64,000 nucleotides of DNA, taken from contig JAZKFH010000002.1 of NCBI GenBank assembly GCA_040386535.1, positions 32,001-96,000 of the forward strand. The letters are read 5' to 3'. Position numbers and translations under genes: made by a program. The stretch is from Myxococcota bacterium. GTDB lineage: Bacteria; Myxococcota_A; UBA796; SXON01. Below are positions 18,547-28,313 of this stretch, one piece after another (the first letter of the stretch is position 1; each line of letters opens with the position of its first letter). The notes below the pieces were generated by a model, which did no database searches, was not told the DNA's origin, and was given only the letters and a program-made list of their open reading frames with translations.

Positions 18547-19694
18547 AGGCCCGCGCCCGGGAACGAGCGCCACGACGATCCGTCCGCCGCGCCGCGCTCG
18601 GCGTCGCGATCGGCGTGGCGTTGCTCCTCGGGGCCGAGCTCCTCGCGCGTGCTCAGCCCGTACCGGCCGCCGGCGCCCCCCTCGGGGACGCCGTGAAGGG
18701 CTCCGTCCTCTTGAACGGCGATCCCTGGCTGCTCTGGAGCCTCGCCCCCGGCGACCACGAGGAGGTGGGCGTGCCCGTGCACGTCAACGCCCTCGGGATG
18801 CGCGATCGCGACCGCGGCCCCAAGGCCGGCCCGCGCGCCCTGGCCCTCGGCGACTCCAGCGTCTACGGGTTCGGCGTCCGCGACGAGCAGGTGTTCACCT
18901 CGCTCCTCGAGCAGCGGACCGCCGCGGAGTTCGTGAACGCCGCGGTCCCCGGCTACTCCACCTTCCAGGCGCTCAACCTCCTCGACATGCGCGGGTGGGC
19001 CCTCTCCCCCGACGTGTTGATCGTCGGCACCTTGTGGTCCGACAACAACTTCGACAGCTTCACCGACCGGGATCTGCTCGCCAGCTACGCCGGGTGGCAG
19101 GCGTCGGCCGGCCGCTCGCTGCGGATGGGCCTGGAGGCCTCGTCCCTGTTCCGCTGGCTCGATTGGACGGTGAGGGTCGCGCCCCAGGGGGCCCGGGCGC
19201 GGAAGGTGGGATGGCAGGTCGGAGGCGACGATCCGCGTACCGGGTCGCGGCGCGTCGACATCCGGAGCTACGCCGCCAACCTCGACGCGCTGTGCGCACG
19301 GATGTACGCCCGCGACGGCGGCGTGGTGTTCCTGGTCCTCGCGAACCGTGAGGACGTAGAGCCGCTCTCCGCGGACCCCGCCTGGGCGCCGTACCGGCGG
19401 GCCATGCGCGAGACCGCGGCGCGGTGGGGGGCCGCGATCGCCGAGGCGCCGTCGGCGTTCCAGGCGAGCGGCCGCAGCGCCGACGCGTTGTTCCTCGATC
19501 AGATGCACCCGACGCCGCTGGGGCACCAGGTCCTGGCGGACGTGGTGGGCGCCGCGCTGGCCGCGCGTGGCTGGCCGGAGCGCCCGCTCACGCTGACACA
19601 GCCGCCGTCCGCGCTGGTCGTGCCCACGGATCCGTTCGAAGGGCGCGGGCGTGAGGAGCCGGCGGGGAACGTACCGGGGAAGGCCTCCCGGTAG
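18543..19694 (+). CDS. SGNH/GDSL hydrolase family protein, N-terminally membrane-anchored
   Basis: GTGA overlap with upstream stop; NALGMRD, LGDSSVYG, NAAVPGYST, DQMHP. Confidence 0.85.
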   Translation: MKARARERAPRRSVRRAALGVAIGVALLLGAELLARAQPVPAAGAPLGDAVKGSVLLNGDPWLLWSLAPGDHEEVGVPVHVNALGMRDRDRGPKAGPRALALGDSSVYGFGVRDEQVFTSLLEQRTAAEFVNAAVPGYSTFQALNLLDMRGWALSPDVLIVGTLWSDNNFDSFTDRDLLASYAGWQASAGRSLRMGLEASSLFRWLDWTVRVAPQGARARKVGWQVGGDDPRTGSRRVDIRSYAANLDALCARMYARDGGVVFLVLANREDVEPLSADPAWAPYRRAMRETAARWGAAIAEAPSAFQASGRSADALFLDQMHPTPLGHQVLADVVGAALAARGWPERPLTLTQPPSALVVPTDPFEGRGREEPAGNVPGKASR

Positions 19695-19700
19695 CTCGGA

Positions 19701-20114
19701 TCAGGCCTGTTCCAGCCCGTCCCGGAGGGTGAGCAGCGCCTTCTTCCACGCCACGTCGAGCGCGGTGCGCAGCGCCTCGTCCTCGAGCGGGGCGCCGATG
19801 TGCTGGACGTTCAGGATGGTCTCCTTGCCGTCCCGCGCGACCTGGAACTGGGTCAGCGTGTTCTTCCACGGGCCGGCCGAGTACTTGTCCCAGCTGATCT
19901 CGAGCTTGGCGGTGGGGCGGAAGACGTGGAGCAACCCCGCCTCTTCGACCACGGCGCCCTCGGGACCCACCTTCACCACGATGCGGCCGCCCTGCCGGGG
20001 ATCGACCCGGGCCTCGGAGCCGAGCCAGGGGACCAGCCCCTCGGGCGTGGTCAGGGCGTTCCAAACGGCGCGCGGGGTGGCCGCGATGCTGATCTGACGG
20101 CGGATCGTCGACAT
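19701..20114 (-). CDS. SRPBCC/AHSA1-like domain protein
   Basis: ISIAATPRAVWNALTTPEGL..W, C-terminal WKKALLTLR; start ATG 20114. Confidence 0.85.
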   Translation of the reverse strand: MSTIRRQISIAATPRAVWNALTTPEGLVPWLGSEARVDPRQGGRIVVKVGPEGAVVEEAGLLHVFRPTAKLEISWDKYSAGPWKNTLTQFQVARDGKETILNVQHIGAPLEDEALRTALDVAWKKALLTLRDGLEQA

Positions 20115-20199
20115 GGGTCCTCGCGAGCTTCTTTCGGAGACGGGGGCGACGCTTAGCGGCTTTGTCGGGTCCGCGCACGGACACGTTACGGGGGACGAG

Positions 20200-21306
20200 A
20201 TGGGAATGCTCACCCTGCTCGTTGCTTGCAACGGCCCCGGCAAGGACGAACCCGGCCCGCATGGGCCCGATCTCGACGGGGATGACGATGGAAGCGTCGT
20301 CGCCGACGATTGTGACGACACCGACGCATCGGTGTTCCCGGGCGCCGCCGAGGTGCCGGAGGACGGCATCGATCAAGACTGTGACGGCGCGGATCCCCTC
20401 GCCGAGCGCACGTGGAACGGCACCGTGCCGGACGAGGGATTCGGTACGCGCGTGCTCGTGACCTCTTCCGGTGTCGTAGTGGGCGCCCCCTTTTCGGGTG
20501 ATCCGGCGTCCGCGGCGGATGGGCGGGTCTACAGCGTCGCGCTCGCCACCGGCGCCGCCGTGTCCCTCGAGGGAGCCGACGGGGAGCGGGTGGGCACCGC
20601 GTTGGCCTCGCTCGCGGACGGGACGTTGCTCGTCGGCGTGCCGGGGTCGGGCGGTGTCCGCACCCTCGCGGGGGCCTCGTTGCTGACGTTGGCGGGCGCG
20701 GGGGGCGTGCTCGCCGCGCGGGACGCCGCGTGGGTGACCAGCACGGCCACCGGGGCCATCCGCGACGACGGCACCCGGCTCGATTGGGACCGTCGGCCCG
20801 ACGCCCTTGCCCTTGGTGGGGATGGCGCCGTGTGGGCCGGCTTCGCCCGTGGTGACGCGGCGCTCCGGACCGAGGGCGGCTCGGTCGCACGCGCCACCCC
20901 GACCGACGAGGCCGGCTTCTGCCTGCTCCTGGCGGACGTCGGTGCGGACGGCGTGGAGGACCTCGTCGTCGGGGCGCCCGGCGCCGGCCTCGTCTACGTG
21001 CTCGATCCCGCCGCGCTCCCCACCAGCCTGGCCGACGCCACGCCCGTGGGCCCGGGTGCGGGGCGGTTCGGGGCGGCGCTCGCCGTCGATGCCGCGGGCG
21101 TGCTCTACGTCGGGGCGCCGATGGCGGGCGCCACCGTCGAGGGCGCGGTCTACACGGTGGTGGACGGGGTGGTGACCCCCCGGTGGACCGGGGCGGCCCC
21201 GGGGGATCAGCTCGGGTACGCGCTCGCGGCGGGGCGCGAGTCGCTCGTGATGGGCGCACCGGGCGAGGCCGCGTCCCCCGGCGCGCTGACGATCGTGGTG
21301 CCGTGA
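20200..21306 (+). CDS. Lipoprotein with MopE-type motif and FG-GAP/integrin-alpha-like propeller
   Basis: LLVAC lipobox; DCDDTDASVFPGAAE..DGIDQDCDG; repeated FG..VVGAP motifs. Confidence 0.78.
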   Translation: MGMLTLLVACNGPGKDEPGPHGPDLDGDDDGSVVADDCDDTDASVFPGAAEVPEDGIDQDCDGADPLAERTWNGTVPDEGFGTRVLVTSSGVVVGAPFSGDPASAADGRVYSVALATGAAVSLEGADGERVGTALASLADGTLLVGVPGSGGVRTLAGASLLTLAGAGGVLAARDAAWVTSTATGAIRDDGTRLDWDRRPDALALGGDGAVWAGFARGDAALRTEGGSVARATPTDEAGFCLLLADVGADGVEDLVVGAPGAGLVYVLDPAALPTSLADATPVGPGAGRFGAALAVDAAGVLYVGAPMAGATVEGAVYTVVDGVVTPRWTGAAPGDQLGYALAAGRESLVMGAPGEAASPGALTIVVP

Positions 21307-22019
21307 CCCGCCCCGGAGCGCGCGCCGAACACGGGTGGCGCGAGGTGCCGGGCGGCTACGAGATCGGGGACGGCCCGCCGATCGTGCTGCTCCCGGGCAT
21401 CCGGGGCGACGCCACCGAGTTCGTCCGGCTCGTGCCGCGCCTTCACGGGTGGCGGGTCCGGCTGGTGACGCTCCCCGACGCCGGGCCTCGGCTCGCCGAC
21501 ATCGCGGCGGCGGTGGCTCGGGATCTGCCCGCTGGCGACTGGGACGTGGTCGGTGCGAGCTTCGGTGGCCTCGTCGGCTGGGCGCTCCCGAAGTCGCGCG
21601 TGCGCACACTCACGACGATCGGCACCCTCCCCCACCCCACGCCCCGCGCCCGCCGCATGCGGTGGGCCGCCGCCGTCCTCCGGCGGGCCCCTCACCGGCT
21701 GTACCGCGAGTACTACGGGCCCCGCGCCCGCGCGTCGCTCCAGGAGGACGGCGCGGACGGCACCCTGCTCGATTCCGTGTCCCTTCCATCTCGCGACGTG
21801 ATGGCCGACCGTCTCTCCGCCATCGCCGCCTGGGGCCTGCCGCGCGTCGCGCCGGGGCGCCGGCCCACGTGGATCTGGGGCGCGACCGACCGGTTCGCCA
21901 CCTGGACGCCGGCCGACGTGCGGGGCGAGGGCCTCGAGCCCATCGTCGTCCCCGGCGGCCACCGCCCCCACCTGTCCCACCCCACCGAGGTCGCGCGGTG
22001 GCTCCCCCGCCCGGATTGA
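21303..22019 (+). CDS. Alpha/beta-fold hydrolase
   Basis: VLLPG, nucleophile elbow GASFGG, WGATD, GGHRPH; GTGA coupling. Confidence 0.8.
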   Translation: MTRPGARAEHGWREVPGGYEIGDGPPIVLLPGIRGDATEFVRLVPRLHGWRVRLVTLPDAGPRLADIAAAVARDLPAGDWDVVGASFGGLVGWALPKSRVRTLTTIGTLPHPTPRARRMRWAAAVLRRAPHRLYREYYGPRARASLQEDGADGTLLDSVSLPSRDVMADRLSAIAAWGLPRVAPGRRPTWIWGATDRFATWTPADVRGEGLEPIVVPGGHRPHLSHPTEVARWLPRPD

Positions 22020-22154
22020 GCCCGATCGTCGGTTGAGGTCCGGCCGCACGCCCGAAGGGCTCCCGCTCGGATCGCCGAATACTGCCAAGGATGCGTCAGG
22101 ATCGACACGATCGGCGGTGCCAGCGGCTACCATGCGCGGCGTCCCGAGTGCCCC

Positions 22155-23663
22155 ATGCTCCTCTCCCTCCTGCCCTTCGCCCTGGCCAGCGAGCCCCCCG
22201 GCCTCGGGTCGGTGCGTCCGCCGTGCGGCTCCATGGCGACCCTCGCGGCGCTCGGCCCCGCGCCGTTCCTGCCCGCGCCGCCGCCCGGCCCGGACGACGA
22301 GAAGGACGACCGCGACGCCGAGGAGGACGACTACCCCAACCAGCTCGAGAGCGAGAACTTCACGATCAAGTGGGGCCGGTCGGGCGACGTGGACGAGGAC
22401 GCGGTGGAGGCCCTGCTCGTGTCCTTCGAGGAGGCGTGGGCCGCCGAGGTCGACCGGATGGGGCACCCCGCGCCCGCCGGCACCTCCGAGTACCTCTTCA
22501 ACGTCTACATCGGCGACACGGGGAACGGCGCGCCCGACGGCTACGGCACGTCCGGCTACTTCAACCGCGACCGGGACGGCTACCCGATGATCGTCGTCAG
22601 CGCGGCTACGCTCGCGGACGAGGATTGGGCGCGGGGCACGGCCACGCACGAGTTCTACCACGCGATCCAGGACGGGACCGGACGCTACGAGTACAGCGGC
22701 GAGAGCGCCTGGTATTGGGAGGCCACCGCGATGTGGGTGGAGGGCGAGGTGCTCCCCGATCAGGACGACTACGTCGCGTTCCTGTTCGGCTACGGGCTCC
22801 TTCCGCAGCTCCCCGTCTACTTCTTCGACTACCCCGACACCGGCGCGCTGCAGGAGTACCACCAGTACGGGGCGATGATCTTCCCCCGCTACGTGTCCGA
22901 GATCGCGGCGGACTGGGAGCTCGTGCGCGACTCCTGGACCGCCGACGTCGACGCCGACACCCCCCAGGACGCGCTCGCCGTCCTGCTCGCGGACCGGGGT
23001 GTCGACTTCGCGGACGCGTTCGGCGACTTCGCCGCGCGCAACGCCACGTGGGACTACGCCGACGGCGAGCTCTACACCCAGTGGGTCGAGTGGTACGCCG
23101 ACTACTACCCCTCCGACGACCACCGCGTCGTCGCCGAGGTGGAGCGCACGGGAACCGACGGCGTGGTCGCGGCACCGGAGGACACGCTCCCCGGTCGGTA
23201 CGCCTACAACGTCGTGACGCTGCCTCGCCCGGGAGACGAAGATCTCGTCGTGCGCTTCGAGAGCGCCGAGTCCGGGACCAAGGGCAGCGCCGCGGCATGG
23301 CGTGTCACCGTCGTGCGCGAGCAGGAGGCCGGAGGGGTCACGTACATGCCGATCCTGCTCGAGAACGGGGCCGGCGAGGTGCGGCTCGAAGACGTGGGGG
23401 ACGAGCAGATCCACCTCGTGGCCGCGGCCGTGGCGCCCACCGCCCGCACCGACGAAACGTTCACGTGGTCCTACGGGTTCACGCTCGCGGCGGACCCCGA
23501 CGACGAGCCGACCGACACGGACATCGACACCGACGCGCCGGCCGCGCTGCCGGACGAGGTCGAGGTCGGGGCGTGTGGATGCGCGTCGGGCGGGGACGGC
23601 GGCAACGCGGCCGGCCTTCTCCTGCTCGCGGGCCTCGCCCTCGCGGGCCGCCGCAGGGACTGA
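22155..23663 (+). CDS. Secreted zinc metalloprotease (MXAN_6640-like) with MYXO-CTERM-like tail
   Basis: TATHEFYHAIQ...WYWEATA; C-terminal GACGCASGG..GLLLLAGLALAGRRRD. Confidence 0.82.
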   Translation: MLLSLLPFALASEPPGLGSVRPPCGSMATLAALGPAPFLPAPPPGPDDEKDDRDAEEDDYPNQLESENFTIKWGRSGDVDEDAVEALLVSFEEAWAAEVDRMGHPAPAGTSEYLFNVYIGDTGNGAPDGYGTSGYFNRDRDGYPMIVVSAATLADEDWARGTATHEFYHAIQDGTGRYEYSGESAWYWEATAMWVEGEVLPDQDDYVAFLFGYGLLPQLPVYFFDYPDTGALQEYHQYGAMIFPRYVSEIAADWELVRDSWTADVDADTPQDALAVLLADRGVDFADAFGDFAARNATWDYADGELYTQWVEWYADYYPSDDHRVVAEVERTGTDGVVAAPEDTLPGRYAYNVVTLPRPGDEDLVVRFESAESGTKGSAAAWRVTVVREQEAGGVTYMPILLENGAGEVRLEDVGDEQIHLVAAAVAPTARTDETFTWSYGFTLAADPDDEPTDTDIDTDAPAALPDEVEVGACGCASGGDGGNAAGLLLLAGLALAGRRRD

Positions 23664-23678
23664 CTTGGAGGCCTGACT

Positions 23679-25283
23679 TCAGCGCGCCAGGCACGGCCCG
23701 GGGCGCTGGGGATTGCAGATCCGCCCCTCCACGACGGGCGCGATGCCCTCCGGCGCCGCCGCGAGCGCGGCCAGCACGCGATCCTTCAGGTCGGGCCCCG
23801 CCGCGCCGGTGGCCGCGGGGATCATCGTGTAGCCGTCCTGCCCGGTCTTGGGGTCCGCGAGGAACGTCGGCATCACCGCCACGAACCGCTCGTCCCTCCC
23901 GATGGGTTTTCCGGTGTCGAGCCACGTGAGGCGCGCGGCGGTCCCGGCGACCGGATCGTGGGCCCACGCGAATCCGCTCACCTGCAGCCAGTGGCCGTTT
24001 CCGGTCCACTCCTCCACCGCGCGTGCGACCACCTTCTCCAACGTGGCCCCGTCGATCTCCACCCGCGCGAGGGGTGTCGGGTACGCGAAGATCTCCTCGA
24101 TGTCCTGGCGCGTGATCGGCCCGGCCACGAGGTCCCGGTTGAGCCGGAGGCCGCCCGAGTTGACCAACGCGACCCTCGCGTCGGGGTACGCGGCGCGGGC
24201 CAGGTCGGCGATCCAATTCCCGAGGTTGGTCTCGAAGCGGCGGATCTCCAGCTCCGCGCCCACCAGCGGCACACGCGTGCGCCCCACCGGCGCGGCGAGG
24301 CAGCCCGATGGCACGCCGGCCTTCGCGCAGAAGCTGGCGTCGTGGGCGGCCAGCCGCGTGTCCACGATGGCCTTCACGTCGGGGTCCTCGGGGATCGTCG
24401 CGTCGAGGACGATGAGCTCGTCCTCGCGCTGGAGCGTGCCGTTCACCCGCCGGATGGTGAACCGCCAGGCGGAGCGCGCGTCGGCGTCGGCCTTGTAGGC
24501 CCGGTGCGCGAACACGTCGCCCACCTGGTTGTCGTGCTCGTGCCCGCCGAAGATCACATCGGGGCCCTCGTCGCCGAGCGCCATGAAGATCGCCTTGTCC
24601 TCGTCCATCGACTGGTGGGTGAGGGCAACGACCACCTCCGCACCGGCGGCACGCAGGGTGGCGGTCTGCGCCTTCGCGGTCGCCACGGGATCGGCGAAGG
24701 TGGTGACGAACTCCGCCGACTTGCGGTCGGTGGTGATGCCGAAGATGCCAATCGCGATCCCGCCGCAGTCGAAACGACGGGCCGGAATGAGCTTGGGATC
24801 CTCGATCAGGGGGGCCCCGGACTCGCCGGGCGCGAACGTGATGTTGGTCCCGAGCCACCGGAATTGGGACGAGCCGATCAACGCGTCGAGCGCCGCGCCG
24901 TCCGCCATCTTGCCTGCATCGAACTCGTGATTCCCGAACACGACGTACATTCGTGGGTCGTCCGCCTGGGTGTCACCGTCGAGCGCGGAGAGCACCTCGA
25001 CCATCTGCGCGCCCTTGTAGGTACGCGACAGGAGCGACGGCGCGAGAAAATCGCCCGCGTGCAGCAGGGTGACCGCGCCGTACCGCGCCTCGAGCCGCGT
25101 CCGAAGCGTGCGCACGCGCGCCAGACCGCCCGTGCCGTCCGCCTGCGGCTCGATCCGGTAGGTGTCGTTGATGCTCAGGAACGTGCACTGCGCCTGACTC
25201 TCGTCCGGGGAGGGCAGCCCGACGGGCGGCACGGGCTTGGGGACACATCCGGCGATTACGAGGAGGACGAGCGGACGGATCAT
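23679..25283 (-). CDS. 5'-nucleotidase/UDP-sugar hydrolase family lipoprotein
   Basis: SINDTY, AGDF, GNHEFD, LTH, GGHEH, ETNLGNWIAD, NSGGLR, LQVSG, DGY. Confidence 0.9.
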   Translation of the reverse strand: MIRPLVLLVIAGCVPKPVPPVGLPSPDESQAQCTFLSINDTYRIEPQADGTGGLARVRTLRTRLEARYGAVTLLHAGDFLAPSLLSRTYKGAQMVEVLSALDGDTQADDPRMYVVFGNHEFDAGKMADGAALDALIGSSQFRWLGTNITFAPGESGAPLIEDPKLIPARRFDCGGIAIGIFGITTDRKSAEFVTTFADPVATAKAQTATLRAAGAEVVVALTHQSMDEDKAIFMALGDEGPDVIFGGHEHDNQVGDVFAHRAYKADADARSAWRFTIRRVNGTLQREDELIVLDATIPEDPDVKAIVDTRLAAHDASFCAKAGVPSGCLAAPVGRTRVPLVGAELEIRRFETNLGNWIADLARAAYPDARVALVNSGGLRLNRDLVAGPITRQDIEEIFAYPTPLARVEIDGATLEKVVARAVEEWTGNGHWLQVSGFAWAHDPVAGTAARLTWLDTGKPIGRDERFVAVMPTFLADPKTGQDGYTMIPAATGAAGPDLKDRVLAALAAAPEGIAPVVEGRICNPQRPGPCLAR

Positions 25284-25482
25284 CGGGACACCTGGCGAAG
25301 GAGCGTCCCGGTATCAAGTTCCCGGAACCAGGGTGACACGGGGCGCCCGCGCGACGACATCCCGCGCACCCCACCGATCGTGTGGCGTTGAAGCGGTGCT
25401 TTGAGCCTGCGTACTCTTGTAGTAGCATGGCGGGGACGCCCGCTGATCCCACCGGGCGCCGCCCACCAACGGAGGAAACGCC

Positions 25483-26274
25483 ATGTCCACCCGCACGCTG
25501 ACCCTGCTCCCCTTGTTTCTCCTCGCGCTCCCGCTCGGCTGCACCGGCACGGACAAGGTCGACACCGGCGAGGCGGCCGACACGGACACGGATACCGACA
25601 CGGACACCGACACGGACACGGATACCGACACGGACACGGACACCGACATCGATCCAAATGAGTCGTCCGGCACCATGTACTTCCAGGACTTCGGCACCGG
25701 CGCGCCGCTCGAGGGCGTGAGCGTCTCCGCCGCTGGGGACATCTTCCTGTCCAACGCGACCGGCGCGACGCTCCTGTCGATCCCGAAGAACGTCACGACC
25801 GACCTTCAGATCACCTTCGCCGGCTACATGCCGACCTACCTGTACCTCTCCGCCGATGACACGAGCGACTGGGTGCTCGGCTTCGGCCTCGCGTCCAGCG
25901 CGCTGGTCGGCGCGGTCGAGGGCGCGTTCGGCATCACCTACGATCCGACGCTCTCCACCATGATCGTGGCTGTGCAGGAGCCCGACGGCGCGGGCAGCTG
26001 GCAGACCGCGGGCGGCGCCACCGTCAGCCTCGACGTGGCCTACCAGGGCGGCGTGAGCCGTGGCGCGGACGGCAACTTCGCCCCGACCGCCACGCTCGCC
26101 GCCGGCGGCGGCAATTTCGTGGCGTTCGCCAACGTGGCGGTGGGCGCGGTGAACGTGACCGTCACGCCCGTGGGCGGCCAGGTCTGCAGCACCGCCCCGT
26201 CGACCACGCGCGCGGACCTCGCCGTCACGACCTACGCCGACTCGCTCACCTCGGTGATCGTGCGCTGCCAGTAG
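25483..26274 (+). CDS. Lipoprotein with (DT)n linker and carboxypeptidase-regulatory-like beta domains
   Basis: GGAGG RBS; LPLGC lipobox; TGAPLEGVSV..; FANVAVG. Confidence 0.7.
   Translation: MSTRTLTLLPLFLLALPLGCTGTDKVDTGEAADTDTDTDTDTDTDTDTDTDTDTDIDPNESSGTMYFQDFGTGAPLEGVSVSAAGDIFLSNATGATLLSIPKNVTTDLQITFAGYMPTYLYLSADDTSDWVLGFGLASSALVGAVEGAFGITYDPTLSTMIVAVQEPDGAGSWQTAGGATVSLDVAYQGGVSRGADGNFAPTATLAAGGGNFVAFANVAVGAVNVTVTPVGGQVCSTAPSTTRADLAVTTYADSLTSVIVRCQ
25579..25650. repeat. Hexamer coding repeat GA(C/T)AC(G/C) encoding about (DT)11
   Basis: gacacggacacggataccgacacg... Confidence 0.9.
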
Positions 26275-26437
26275 TAAGGTCAGGAGGCCGGGCAGCCGGC
26301 CGCGCGGACGCGCCGCCGCGTCGGCCGTAGTGTCTCCGGGAGCGGCGGCGGCACCGGTGCCTTCGTGGCCCTGCCCGCCGCCCCATCGCCCCCCGGCCCC
26401 TCGCCTGCTACCATGCCGCGGACGAGGTCTCGCGCGC

Positions 26438-27397
26438 GTGCCCTGGAAGCCCCTGCTCGATCCGGCCACCACGTACCGGGGCGAGCACCTCTCCGCCGCC
26501 GCGGTCGACGCGCGTGTGGCCCAGGCCCGGGCGTGTTTCCGCGCGCACGTTCAGGCGCTCGGGCGGCTGGAACAGGCCTCCTCGGCGAGCCCCGCGCCCG
26601 CCCCCCGCTTCGTCGACGTGCTCGCCGCGGCGGTCGGCCCCGGCGACGTGATGACGGCGTGGCGGCGCTGGCGGGAGGCCGCCGACGCTGACGCCCGTCC
26701 GGAGGGCGGTGCGCTCGATCGGCTCGAGCTCACCGTCGAGGACGCCCAGCGGCAGGTCTCCCAGCTGGCCGCGTGGATGGACGCCCTCGCCGCGGAGGAG
26801 GCCGCCGTGCGCGCGGAGATGGAGGCGCTCCGTCGGTGTGTCGCGGACGCCGCCGCCAACCACACCGTGGCGCATGCTCGGGCGGAGGCATCGTCCCGCG
26901 GCCTCCTGGCGATCGAGCTCGCCCGCGCCCGTGCGCTCCCGACGGAGGGCGCCGCGCTCGACGCCGACGCCGCCGTGCTCGAAGGGCTCGCCCAGGCGCG
27001 TGCCGCCGAGGCTCGGGCCTTCGAACACGCGGCGGCGCGGCTCTCCGCGGTGCTCGCCTTCGGAGGGGAGGCGCTCGCCTCGTTCGCGCGGCTGCGCGCG
27101 GCCCTGGAGCGGGTGCACGCGGAGGGCAGCGGCGTGCTCCACGAGCTCGACCTCCACCTGGGCCAGCTCGCCGCCGAGGCCCGCGCCGCCGATCTCGGGC
27201 ACGGCCTCGCGGCTGGGATGGACACGTTGCGCGGCTCCGTGGGGCGGGTGCACCTCCAGGCGCGGGAGGGCGCGGATCGCCTCCTCCATCGCCTGGACCG
27301 CCTCGCCGAAGCCCCCGATCTGCTCGCCCCCGTCGACCCGGCGCGCGCCGCGGCGGAGGCCGAGGTGGCGTCGCTGCTGACAGGCCGCCGTGGCTGA
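26438..27397 (+). CDS. Hypothetical all-alpha coiled-coil protein (gene 1 of the Hsp90-like operon)
   Basis: Ala/Leu/Glu/Arg heptads; overlaps the next gene by 8 bp; start uncertain (GTG 26438 chosen, frame open from 26330). Confidence 0.6.
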   Translation: MPWKPLLDPATTYRGEHLSAAAVDARVAQARACFRAHVQALGRLEQASSASPAPAPRFVDVLAAAVGPGDVMTAWRRWREAADADARPEGGALDRLELTVEDAQRQVSQLAAWMDALAAEEAAVRAEMEALRRCVADAAANHTVAHARAEASSRGLLAIELARARALPTEGAALDADAAVLEGLAQARAAEARAFEHAAARLSAVLAFGGEALASFARLRAALERVHAEGSGVLHELDLHLGQLAAEARAADLGHGLAAGMDTLRGSVGRVHLQAREGADRLLHRLDRLAEAPDLLAPVDPARAAAEAEVASLLTGRRG

Positions 27398-28313
27398 CAT
27401 CGCCCCGCTCGAATTGGATCGCGCCACGGCGCAACGGTGGGCCGCGCTCGTGGGGCGGGCGCTCGACGCCTTGCGCCTGAACCGCCAGTTCCCAGATTGG
27501 GAGCGCGTGCGCGACCACGTCGCGGCGGCGGCGGCAACGTCCGGGGCGGCTTCCGGGGCGCCCTCTGGAGGGGCTGGCGGCGGGCTCCGCATCGACCGCG
27601 GAAGCGGCCTCCCCGTGGCCCGCGAGTGGATGCGCGTCCGGGTGGAAGCCGAATTGGGAGCGGGTGTCAATACATCCGGTGGCATCGGTACACGCGCCCT
27701 CCCCGCCCGCGAGGTGCACGTGGCGCTCCGCAACCTGGTGGGCGACCGCGCGTCCTACGCCGTGCGGGTCGACCGCCTGGACATCGTGAGCACCACGGTG
27801 ACCCGCTACTCGCTCATCCTCTCGGATACGCCGGGGCGCGTCGTGAGCGCGGGCGAGCTCGCGCTGGAGGCGGCGTCCCGCTTCGCGCGGCAGCTCGAGC
27901 TGCTCTCCACCCAGGACGCCGCGTTGGCCTTCGCCGTGCTCCGCCAGGAGGGGCTCGACGTCGAGGAGATCGTGCGCGGGGTGGTGGGCCCGGCGGCGCT
28001 GCTTCCCGGCGATCCACTCCTCCCCGATGGCGACGGCGGATGTTGCCCGGAGGCCCTCCGCGGGCTCCGCTTGCACGGGCCGCTCGTCTCCGCGTGCCTC
28101 GAGCGCGCCTCGCTCGATCTCGCCGATGGGCGCATCGACGATCCGCTCGCCGACTCGATCGTGATGCCTTCGGCCACGGACCGGGCGCGGCCGTTCGGGC
28201 TCACGCGCGGGCGCAAGTGGGCGGTGATGGCACGCGACGTGCCGACGCTGCGGGCGTGGCTCGCGGATCGAGGGAGCCGCGGGCTCGTGTACGGATACCA
28301 GGGGGAGCCATGA
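27390..28313 (+). CDS. Hypothetical protein (gene 2 of the Hsp90-like operon)
   Basis: Globular-looking ORF overlapping both neighbours (ATGA with the ATPase gene). Confidence 0.65.
   Translation: MADIAPLELDRATAQRWAALVGRALDALRLNRQFPDWERVRDHVAAAAATSGAASGAPSGGAGGGLRIDRGSGLPVAREWMRVRVEAELGAGVNTSGGIGTRALPAREVHVALRNLVGDRASYAVRVDRLDIVSTTVTRYSLILSDTPGRVVSAGELALEAASRFARQLELLSTQDAALAFAVLRQEGLDVEEIVRGVVGPAALLPGDPLLPDGDGGCCPEALRGLRLHGPLVSACLERASLDLADGRIDDPLADSIVMPSATDRARPFGLTRGRKWAVMARDVPTLRAWLADRGSRGLVYGYQGEP

Noticed and set aside
25579..25650. Hexamer repeat as a phase-variation tract
   Set aside because: In-frame unit with mixed synonymous codons; length change would not switch expression
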